64,000 nucleotides of DNA from assembly GCA_022766905.1 (NCBI GenBank), contig JALEPU010000057.1, positions 719 through 64,718 on the forward strand. Reading direction: 5' to 3'. Numbering within the stretch: the first letter of the stretch is position 1; every line of letters starts with the position of its first letter. The translations under genes and the position numbers were made by a program. Origin of the DNA: Lachnospiraceae bacterium (lineage in GTDB: Bacteria; Bacillota; Clostridia; Lachnospirales; Lachnospiraceae). Positions 57,114 through 64,000 of the stretch are shown here, piece by piece. Below the pieces are notes generated by a model. The model did not search any database. It was given only the letters and a program-made list of their open reading frames with translations, and was not told the DNA's origin.

Positions 57114-57154
57114 ATTCTACTATCCCTCCATAAATCAATTTATCTGATTCAGAG

Positions 57155-57215
57155 ATCAAAAGGTCATGCATGATCATGTAAGCATGAAATGCATAAATTT
57201 TTAACCCTGGTATGA
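57155..57215. repeat. Degenerate copy of the 56635-56717 repeat
   Basis: A by-eye alignment of ATCAAAAGGTCATGCATGATCATGTAAGCATGAAATGCATAAATTT... with the reverse complement of 56650-56705 gives roughly 75-80% identity, including GGTCATGC and AAGCATGAAA blocks. Confidence 0.5.
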
Positions 57216-57368
57216 TTTTAATTCCAGTATACCATATCTTCCTTTTAAAATGAACACACAACTTTTACAATATACATCACAACTTAGTCAGCGGTTTTTT
57301 CCGATTGCTTTCGTATAATGAAAAGAAAAAAACGCATATTAATGGTAAGAAAGGAAAGGGAGAAAACA

Positions 57369-57606
57369 ATGAAGAAATTTATGGAAATTGCCAAAAACCA
57401 TTCTCTACTCCCTGAATCCAACCGATAATGCTTCCATCGGAACCATTTTGGGCTGTTTCCAGGACAGCAGTGCCACAGAAAAAATTCAGCAGGGAAGTGT
57501 CTGGTGGTTCAATGATCACAAGAAAGGAATGATTGATCAGATGACTTCTCTAGCAAACAAAAAGAGAGAAAATCTGCAACATGATTTTCTCTCTTTTTTC
57601 AACTAA
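57369..57606 (+). pseudogene. uxaC: Relic of glucuronate isomerase (uxaC), a roughly 55-codon internal fragment
   Basis: [27 protein letters not shown]...[26 protein letters not shown] matches the conserved LNPxDN...FGSGWWFND.KDGM block of UxaC, which is about 470 aa. Nothing of the N-terminal 350 aa or the C-terminal 60 aa remains. Confidence 0.7.
57562..57599 (+). terminator. Rho-independent terminator at the break point of the uxaC relic
   Basis: Perfect 13-bp stem AAGAGAGAAAATC (57562-57574) / GATTTTCTCTCTT (57583-57595), an 8-nt loop, then TTTT. Confidence 0.7.
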
Positions 57607-57608
57607 AC

Positions 57609-58646
57609 TTATTTATTACTTGTTCCATCCTCAATCAACACCTTCATGGTACCGCCGCAGACCATACCTTCCTCTTCTGCCACAGTTCCTGTCATATCTA
57701 CCTGGCGAATCAGATATCCCCCTGTTCCGATTATGCCTCTTGCCTCCTGCATAATGGCAGATTCCGCACAGCCGCCTCCAATGGTTCCGTCTATCATTCC
57801 ATTTTCATAGACAATCATCTTAGCACCGGCTTTTCGAGGTACGGAGCCTTTCGTAGAAAGAATGGTTACGATTGCTTTTCCCATTCCGGAAAATGGTTCC
57901 GGTACACGAGCCAGTTTTTCCATGACCCGCATATCGATATCGGATTGGAGTGTCCGCATCTGACCCTCTTTGGGTTTTCTTTTTGTTTCGATGATTTCTG
58001 CCAGAATCGAGATAGCAATTTCTTCCGGGGTCACCGCACCAATGGAAAGTCCTACCGGAGAATGAAGCTTTTCCAGCCAGGATTCTTCCATTCCTTCTTC
58101 CACCAGCTGTTCTTTCAGGCTTTTTACTCTTCTTCTGGAACCAATCATACCAAGATAAGCACTTGCCGGCTGCCGATACAAACTTCTTAGACATTCCCCG
58201 TCCCAGCGATGTCCTCTGGTCAAAATCACCACATAATCGGAAGAACGGATCTCTAGTTTTTCAATGGCCGACTGAAAGCCTTCACAGAGCACCTCTCTTG
58301 CCCATGGAAACCTGGTCCGGTTGGCAAAATACGGTCTGTCATCTACTACGGTAACTGCAAAACCAATCTTGGCTCCAAACTCCGCCAATGCCAGAGAAAC
58401 ATGGCCTCCTCCAAGGAGAATCATCCGTTCCTCCCGGCAGAACGGTTCTGCAATCGTAATCTTTCCTTCTTCTTCCAAAAGCACAGGCCTTCCCTCTTCG
58501 CAGGCCTGTCCGGCCAGTTCTTTCTCCTGTTCCTTTCCATTCTCAAAAATGTATTTTTCCAGATGTTCCCCCAGAACGGTAATCAGAGCAACCTGTTCTT
58601 TTTTTTCAAGCTGATCCAATAGATTTTCATAAAGGTTCTTTTCCAT
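57609..58646 (-). CDS. XdhC/CoxI-family molybdenum-hydroxylase accessory protein
   Basis: XdhC_CoxI N-domain and the XdhC Rossmann domain (MILLGGGHVSLALAEFGAKIGFAVTVVDDRP), plus a second C-terminal XdhC_CoxI-like segment. Start probably the ATG at 58646. Confidence 0.7.
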   Translation of the reverse strand: MEKNLYENLLDQLEKKEQVALITVLGEHLEKYIFENGKEQEKELAGQACEEGRPVLLEEEGKITIAEPFCREERMILLGGGHVSLALAEFGAKIGFAVTVVDDRPYFANRTRFPWAREVLCEGFQSAIEKLEIRSSDYVVILTRGHRWDGECLRSLYRQPASAYLGMIGSRRRVKSLKEQLVEEGMEESWLEKLHSPVGLSIGAVTPEEIAISILAEIIETKRKPKEGQMRTLQSDIDMRVMEKLARVPEPFSGMGKAIVTILSTKGSVPRKAGAKMIVYENGMIDGTIGGGCAESAIMQEARGIIGTGGYLIRQVDMTGTVAEEEGMVCGGTMKVLIEDGTSNK

Positions 58647-58795
58647 ATCTGTCTTTTCCTTTCCCTGCCGTAAGACTATCATATTCTATATAAACTTCTT
58701 ATAAAACCGGCTATTTAACATCCATTTATTACCTTCGTATCATTACTTTCATCTTAATAAAAAACAGGGAAATGGTCAAGAAGGGATTCTCTTTT

Positions 58796-59398
58796 CTATC
58801 TACTTCCCAGAAGCCAGGTAAGCAGACTGGTAACTCCCATACTGTATAACCATAAGGCAAAGGGTTTTCCCAGAAGAATAATGATGATAAATCTGACCAG
58901 TTTCATTCTGGTAAGGCCTGCCAGATAGCAAAGCAGGTCGTCTGGTGCTACCGGAAGAAAAATAGCAATACCAAACATCAGATCAAATTTATTTTTCTCC
59001 CGTTCCAGCCAGTGTTCATATTTTTCAAACCGTTTTTCATTGGTAACCGCCTGTACGAATGCTCTTCCATATCTGCGGGCCAATAAAAAAGCTGCAACAG
59101 AACCGGCACAAATCCCAACATAATTATAGACAAATCCCCAACCTGAACCAAAGGCGATTACCCCGGCTACGCATCCAATACTGGCCGGAAGAATAGGGAG
59201 GACCACCTGCGCAGCCTGAATGATAACAAAAATAAGCGGTGCCCAAAATCCAAAATTCAACAGAAAAAACCGTAACCGTTCCGGAGAAGCAAAAATTCCT
59301 TTTTGGTATCCCAAAATCAAAAAGGCTGCTAAAATGCCAAATCCTGCTATGGTAATGCCATTTACCGCTGTACGAAAAGCCGTCCTGCCTTTCTCCAT
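58796..59398 (-). CDS. TVP38/TMEM64 (DedA/SNARE-associated) family membrane protein
   Basis: Start set to the ATG at 59398. Polytopic, with an IFLPVAPDDLLCYLAG motif region. Overlaps the 3' end of the upstream glycosyltransferase gene by 37 nt. Confidence 0.6.
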   Translation of the reverse strand: MEKGRTAFRTAVNGITIAGFGILAAFLILGYQKGIFASPERLRFFLLNFGFWAPLIFVIIQAAQVVLPILPASIGCVAGVIAFGSGWGFVYNYVGICAGSVAAFLLARRYGRAFVQAVTNEKRFEKYEHWLEREKNKFDLMFGIAIFLPVAPDDLLCYLAGLTRMKLVRFIIIILLGKPFALWLYSMGVTSLLTWLLGSR

Positions 59399-60462
59399 AA
59401 TACAGCCATCTCCTTCCTGTTTTCTCTTTTCTTTGCTCTTTCCTTTTCTCGTTCCATACAGATATGATGGTAAAAATAATCCCATTGCATTTTGATTCTG
59501 CCTTCACTGTAATAAGAATGTCCCTGCAAAGATTTTTCTTTTTGTTCTTCGTAATAAGAAGCATTTTCTTTTAACTGGGTGAAAAACCTAAGAAAATCTT
59601 CTGTATCCTTTCCTTTTAAACAATAATCAAATAATATATTTTCATAAATTGGCAGGTCCCGTACCACAACCGGAATCTGACAGCTCATTGCCTCCAAAAT
59701 GGTCATCGGAAACAATTCTTCATAAGAAGGAAGGAAAAACACATCTGCCATATTATAAATCCGATTCATCTTCTTCCGTTCAATCACTCCCAGCATTTTA
59801 AGATTAGGAGGAAGCTGTTTCAGCGCCTCCTGGATTTCTTCATATCCATCCATGATTTTTCCGAAAGGAAATCCCCCTGCCCACACAAATGTCAGATCCG
59901 GATTCTTTTTGGCCAGTTCAACATAGTCAAAAAATCCTTTCCTTTTTTGGAGCTGTCCGACACAAAGAACGGTAAAGCAATCTTCTTTCACTTTGTACTC
60001 TCTTCGGATTTTCTTCTTTTCTTCCTGATTCAGTGGATAAAATTGTTTTTCTGATACAAAATTAGGAATATAACTTACCTTTTCTCTTGGAATTCCGTAT
60101 TCCTCTAATAAATCAATAAAATAGGGATTTACAGTAACAAGCCGGTCCATCTTCTTATAAAAGTAAATGATATATTTGTAAAATATCCTTTTTGCAAAGG
60201 ACGGCAGACGAATACTTCCATCCACAGTTCTTGGAAGAAAATGAACATAACCTACCCGGATACTTCCCGGATGCATCATGCACCACAAAAGGAATTCCGG
60301 ATTAATGGTATGGCAATGAATCACATCACTTTTCTTCCATTCATTTTCCACAACCTGAAATTCATCTAACTGAGCCGCCAGGGCAACTTGTTCATCATGG
60401 GCGGACAAGACTCCCTGTCCTTTTACTGTGTGTGCCTTCGATAACATATTAATCTTTTTCAT
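59362..60462 (-). CDS. Glycosyltransferase family 4 (GT-B, Glycos_transf_1)
   Basis: 366 aa. The C-terminal region LPSYEELFPMTILEAMSCQIPVVV is the typical EX7E-type GT4 motif region. Confidence 0.7.
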   Translation of the reverse strand: MKKINMLSKAHTVKGQGVLSAHDEQVALAAQLDEFQVVENEWKKSDVIHCHTINPEFLLWCMMHPGSIRVGYVHFLPRTVDGSIRLPSFAKRIFYKYIIYFYKKMDRLVTVNPYFIDLLEEYGIPREKVSYIPNFVSEKQFYPLNQEEKKKIRREYKVKEDCFTVLCVGQLQKRKGFFDYVELAKKNPDLTFVWAGGFPFGKIMDGYEEIQEALKQLPPNLKMLGVIERKKMNRIYNMADVFFLPSYEELFPMTILEAMSCQIPVVVRDLPIYENILFDYCLKGKDTEDFLRFFTQLKENASYYEEQKEKSLQGHSYYSEGRIKMQWDYFYHHICMEREKERAKKRENRKEMAVLWRKAGRLFVQR

Positions 60463-60637
60463 ATGTAACTACCTCACTTTTTTCAATCGAACATCTTTGT
60501 CATTTAAGTATAACGAAGGAACATTACTTTTTTCCTCAATCAAAACTTACGATTTCATTACGTAACTGTAAAATATTTCTACAGAAATAATTTTTTATTT
60601 TTTGAAGATTTTTTCTTATGGGTCTCGTTATACTTAA

Positions 60638-61192
60638 GTGAACATAGAAAACAGACTGAAAATCAAAGCGATCAGGGAGGTGGAAAAAATTCATTCGAAT
60701 GAGTATTTTGAAAATTTAATAGAAGAATACGGCAATCTTATTTTTTCCATCTGCTATCGGTTTACCAATCATTATTTTGATGCCCAGGACCTGGCACAAG
60801 AAACGTTTCTTTCTGCCTACCGTTCCCTGGATCAATTTGATGGAACCTATCCCAAAGCCTGGCTTACACGAATTGCAACCAACAAGTGTCTGGATTATCA
60901 AAAACAGGCGGCCAGAAAAACAAGCCCTACGGAAGATAGCTTTTTTCTGACCATCGAAGAGAAACAGGATACACCGGAAGAAATCTGTCTCAATGACGAT
61001 ATCCGAAACCGGCTTCTTCTTTTAATCAGGAAGCTGGAAGAACCTTATCAGTCCATTGCTTATGATTATTTCTATCTGGAAATGTCACCAAAAGAGATTG
61101 CAGAAAAAAAACAGAAAAATGTAAAAACCATTCAGACTCAGATTTACCGGGCCAAAGCCCGGATGAAAAAATTATGGAAGGAGGTCTTTTAG
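60638..61192 (+). CDS. ECF-type RNA polymerase sigma-70 factor
   Basis: Region 2 (DAQDLAQETFLSAY) and region 4 (MSPKEIAEKKQKNVKTIQTQIYRAKARMKK). The ORF opens at a GTG with no clear RBS, so the start is uncertain. Confidence 0.8.
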   Translation: MNIENRLKIKAIREVEKIHSNEYFENLIEEYGNLIFSICYRFTNHYFDAQDLAQETFLSAYRSLDQFDGTYPKAWLTRIATNKCLDYQKQAARKTSPTEDSFFLTIEEKQDTPEEICLNDDIRNRLLLLIRKLEEPYQSIAYDYFYLEMSPKEIAEKKQKNVKTIQTQIYRAKARMKKLWKEVF

Positions 61193-61660
61193 ATGTCAAA
61201 TCAGCCTGGCTGCCATTATAGCAGCGAAGATTTTTCCCGTTTTCGGGAAGGAAAGATGAGTGAAGATGAACAGCTTATTTTCATGACCCATATCGGAAAC
61301 TGCACCTATTGTGCCCAATCTTTTGCAGATGCCATGGAACAGGATCTGGCACCGGTTCCTCCTGATTTTAAGCGGGATCTTATGACTGAAACCAGCAGAA
61401 TCCAAAAGCGAAAAACATCCGCAAAACAAACTTTTTATCGTTATTGTTTTCAGGTCAGCTTTTCTATGTGTGCTGCTATCGCCCTGGTTTTTTCCAGGAA
61501 CCACCTCGATCTTAGCCAATTTGCGGTAGCAAAAATTCCAAAAAAGAATTTTTCTATTACTGCTTATGTTAATGACAAATTAGAAAATTTTACAGATACC
61601 TTGTCTGACACAATATCTATTTCATGGGAGGAATTAATTCATGACAAGAAAGAAAAATAA
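61193..61660 (+). CDS. Anti-sigma factor (zf-HC2 type, one TM helix)
   Basis: HIGNCTYCAQSF zinc-finger motif and the TM helix FQVSFSMCAAIALVF. Its ATG abuts the sigma gene stop (TAGATG). Confidence 0.7.
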   Translation: MSNQPGCHYSSEDFSRFREGKMSEDEQLIFMTHIGNCTYCAQSFADAMEQDLAPVPPDFKRDLMTETSRIQKRKTSAKQTFYRYCFQVSFSMCAAIALVFSRNHLDLSQFAVAKIPKKNFSITAYVNDKLENFTDTLSDTISISWEELIHDKKEK

Positions 61661-62198
61661 GTTTTTAACCTTCTTCTTTTCACTAATGCCGGGAGCTGCT
61701 CATATGTATATGGGCTTTTCCAAAATAGGAATTTCCCTGATGGGAGGATTCTTTTTCATTATTTTTTTAGCATCCACCTTTAACCTGGACGCTGCGCTGT
61801 TCCTGCTTCCGATTATCTGGTTTTACTCTTTCTTTGATGCCAATAATAAAAATTCTACGGATGATGAAGAATTTTACCAGCTGGAAGATGACTATCTCAT
61901 TCATATCAGTCAGATTGACCAATTTCAGAAATTATGGGATAAAAAAGGAAATATTGTGATTGCTCTGGCTCTGATTTTTGGCGGCATCTATCTGCTTGTC
62001 AATCCAATCATGAACAAAATTTTAGACAGCAACCTGCTTTCACCGGATGAGGCAGATTTTATCTGGAGTATTTACAGAATGATTCCTCAATGCGTACTTG
62101 CTATCTGCATTATCCTTTTTGGAATCCGGTTAATCCGGGGGAAAAAGCAGGAATTAGAAGAAACGGAAGGAAGTGATTATGATGGAAGGACCTACTAG
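61641..62198 (+). CDS. Polytopic membrane protein (hypothetical), co-transcribed with the sigma/anti-sigma pair
   Basis: 185 aa, 4 predicted TM helices. Overlaps the anti-sigma gene by 20 nt. Confidence 0.5.
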   Translation: MTRKKNKFLTFFFSLMPGAAHMYMGFSKIGISLMGGFFFIIFLASTFNLDAALFLLPIIWFYSFFDANNKNSTDDEEFYQLEDDYLIHISQIDQFQKLWDKKGNIVIALALIFGGIYLLVNPIMNKILDSNLLSPDEADFIWSIYRMIPQCVLAICIILFGIRLIRGKKQELEETEGSDYDGRTY

Positions 62199-62532
62199 TA
62201 CCAATCAGACAGCAGCCAGCCGGGTACCGGAAAAAATGCCTGTAAGAAGAGTCGGCTCTTTAACTCTTGGCATTTGCCTGGTAGGTTACGGTATTTTATT
62301 TCTTGCCAACAAACTTTTTTCCATATCATATGAGTTTATTTTTCAGCTCTGGCCTGTCTTATTTATCCTGTTAGGCCTTGAAGTGCTGGCCGGCTCCATC
62401 TTTCATAAAAACGAAAAAATCAGGCTGGACTTTTTTGCCTGCCTGATGATTTTTCTGGCAATCTGTTTTGCCATGTGCCTGGCCTGTGTGGACTATGGAA
62501 TCCAACATGGGTATGTCCACTTTGGCTGGTAG
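62173..62532 (+). CDS. Small polytopic membrane protein (hypothetical)
   Basis: 119 aa, 3-4 TM helices. Overlaps the previous gene by 26 nt. Confidence 0.45.
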   Translation: MIMMEGPTSTNQTAASRVPEKMPVRRVGSLTLGICLVGYGILFLANKLFSISYEFIFQLWPVLFILLGLEVLAGSIFHKNEKIRLDFFACLMIFLAICFAMCLACVDYGIQHGYVHFGW

Positions 62533-62533
62533 C

Positions 62534-62812
62534 TTATATTTGATAATCCGTCTGTTCCTGATTTCGAAATTCCAACGGAGTAATTCCATACTTCTTTTTA
62601 AACAAACGGGAAAAATATCCCACATCTTTATAATGCAAACGGGCCGCAATTTCTATCACCTTCAATCGGGTTTTTTTCAAAAGAAAAGCGGCCCGCTTTA
62701 ATTTTACCACAGTCAGATAATCTACAAATCTTTGTTCTGTATGGGCCGTAAAAATAGTACTAAGATAAGATGTGTTCAAATAATATCTGGCCGCAATGGT
62801 CTTTTGCTTCAC
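62534..62812 (-). pseudogene. AraC-family HTH fragment: C-terminal DNA-binding domain only, probably a truncated gene
   Basis: Only the roughly 90-aa double-HTH region is present (SYLSTIFTAH..., DVGYFSRLFKKKYGITPLEFR). The frame is closed by a TAA about 55 nt upstream, and there is no sensor or dimerisation domain. Confidence 0.5.
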
Positions 62813-62881
62813 ATCTTCTTCCGGATGATACAGAATAAAACATGCCTGTTTCCAAAGGTTTTACAAAATAGTCATAGGCTC

Positions 62882-63692
62882 CTAATATAATTCCCTGTCT
62901 GGCATACTGAAAATCAGTAAATTCACTGCATATTTTAATTGATTGATAAAGGCAAATGCCCGTTCTTTTGTATAAAGACGAATCGTAAAAGTCCCTCCGC
63001 CTCTGTTATGAAATTGTTCCTTTGCAATCCGATGATAAGGGCTGGATTTTAAAAGAGGATAATTAACTCTTTGAATTCCTTCCTCTCCTTCCAGATTTTC
63101 AGCCAGGTAGCAGGCATTTTCACAATGCCGCTCCATCCGAAGCCCCAGAGTCTCCAGTCCAAGTTCATTGTAAAAAGCATTCATCGGACTAAGGCAGCAC
63201 CCGAAATTTCTCAGAGTATCATTCCGCAATCTGGCCAGAAAAGCAAATTTACCAAATTTCACATAATCGGCAAGAGCCGGATATTTTTCTTTCGTCCATT
63301 TAAAATGACCGCTGTCAGTCAGAATCCCTCCGATGGAGTTGCTGCTTCCATTGATGTATTTGGAAGAAGAATGAACAATGATGTCTGCTCCAAGGGCAAT
63401 TCCCTGTGCCAGGGCAGATGTTGCTGTTGTGTGATCTAACAGAAACGGAAGATGAAACTCATGAATCAACCGGGCTGCCTCCCTGATATCCGTCACATCC
63501 AGTCTGGGATTTCCTATGTAGGATTACTGATACGGGTATAAGCAAAACCCGGTGCCTGATTTTGAAATACTTTTTCTATTTTTTCCGCGATTCCTGTCCA
63601 AACGCGCTGGACTGATAAATCGGTGTTAACGTTGCTCCTGTCGTGGCATCGCCTTTAAAATTTCCATGAAGCAATCCCGTATCAAACTTCAT
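62882..63692 (-). pseudogene. metY: O-acetylhomoserine sulfhydrylase (MetY-like PLP enzyme) pseudogene
   Basis: The N-terminus MKFDTGLLHG...TLTPIYQSSAFGQES runs into a TAG at 63576-63578. A shifted frame continues AEKIEKVFQNQAPGFAYTRISNPT, then a TAG at 63514-63516. About 140 codons are missing before ...GNPRLDVTDIREAARL...GADIIVHSSSKYI... The total length is about 270 codons, against about 425 expected. Confidence 0.7.
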
Positions 63693-63703
63693 CTGTCTCA
63701 CCT

Positions 63704-64000
63704 CTATAAAATCCCATCGCACTGAACCTGTTCATAATCAATCGGTTTATCAATCGTCGGGGTTTCTCCGCAGACCGGACAATCTTTTACCTTTTTAGGA
63801 AGCTTTACTTTTCTGAAATTCATAGAAAGCGCATCATAAGTCAATAAATAACCGGTCAGCAATTCTCCCACACCCAGCAAATATTTGATGGCTTCCATAG
63901 CCTGAAGACTACCAATCACACCGCCCATGGCTCCAATTACTCCGGCCTGTTTGCAGGTCGGAACTGCGTCCTTTGGCGGAGGATCTTTGAAAATACAACG
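63704..64000 (-). CDS. ThiF/MoeB/HesA-family E1-like adenylyltransferase, C-terminal part (gene continues beyond the window)
   Basis: The frame is open to nt 64000: RCIFKDPPPKDAVPTCKQAGVIGAMGGVIGSLQAMEAIKYL...CPVCG. This matches the ThiF/MoeB C-terminal region. Confidence 0.8.
   Translation of the reverse strand, partial: RCIFKDPPPKDAVPTCKQAGVIGAMGGVIGSLQAMEAIKYLLGVGELLTGYLLTYDALSMNFRKVKLPKKVKDCPVCGETPTIDKPIDYEQVQCDGIL

Noticed and set aside
59124-59564. A 146-aa alternative-frame ORF spanning the GT4/TVP38 junction.
   Set aside because: It overlaps two family-recognisable genes in a different frame, and its sequence has no motifs. It is most likely spurious.
1-64000. A search for CRISPR arrays, tRNA/rRNA genes and long tandem repeats.
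   Set aside because: - I found no regularly spaced direct repeats, no cloverleaf-sized conserved segments, and no intergenic space large enough for rRNA.
- The largest non-coding gaps (12839-13117, 49733-50070, 56348-56831, 57114-57368) contain only promoters, terminators and the hairpin repeat reported above.

Overview
This is a chromosomal segment of a low-GC Firmicute. Gene content and order fit a butyrate-producing Clostridia/Lachnospiraceae genome. I support about 55 protein-coding genes, and nearly all are on the minus strand; only prsW and an ECF-sigma cluster are on the plus strand. I saw no rRNA, tRNA or CRISPR.

Order along the window:
- the right end of an IS3-family element (1-245)
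- greA-lysS
- a four-gene sugar-sensing module (two periplasmic-binding-protein-like sensors, a YesM-type kinase and a YesN-type REC-AraC regulator), next to an mglBAC-like ABC transporter whose permease has a roughly 220-aa coiled-coil N-terminal extension
- argF-birA-hyp-coaX-dusB
- an LtaS-family enzyme
- an NfeD/SPFH pair
- a TrmH-family methyltransferase
- Ktr/Trk K+ uptake genes
- dnaE-pfkA
- a PuuR-like regulator with potABCD, followed without a break by three uncharacterised membrane proteins: a GNAT fused to a 2-TM hairpin, a ThiT-like protein, and a 2TM-Rossmann protein with tandem RyR domains
- prsW
- asnS-asnA
- a nucleoid-associated protein
- an accessory-looking operon of PP2C phosphatase, Hanks kinase, a 71-aa membrane protein and a 1626-aa Ig-repeat surface protein
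- the complete butyryl-CoA operon thl-crt-hbd-bcd-etfB-etfA
- a decayed zone with a long hairpin repeat and a uxaC relic
- xdhC-like, GT4 and TVP38 genes
- an ECF sigma/anti-sigma cluster
- an AraC fragment, a metY pseudogene and a partial ThiF/MoeB gene at the window edge

The two best candidates for undescribed biology are the three-gene membrane module appended to the pot operon (28865-32947) and the kinase/phosphatase/giant Ig-repeat protein operon (42116-49732). All calls rest on reading the translated ORFs for motifs and on inspecting the sequence by eye; no database search was possible.
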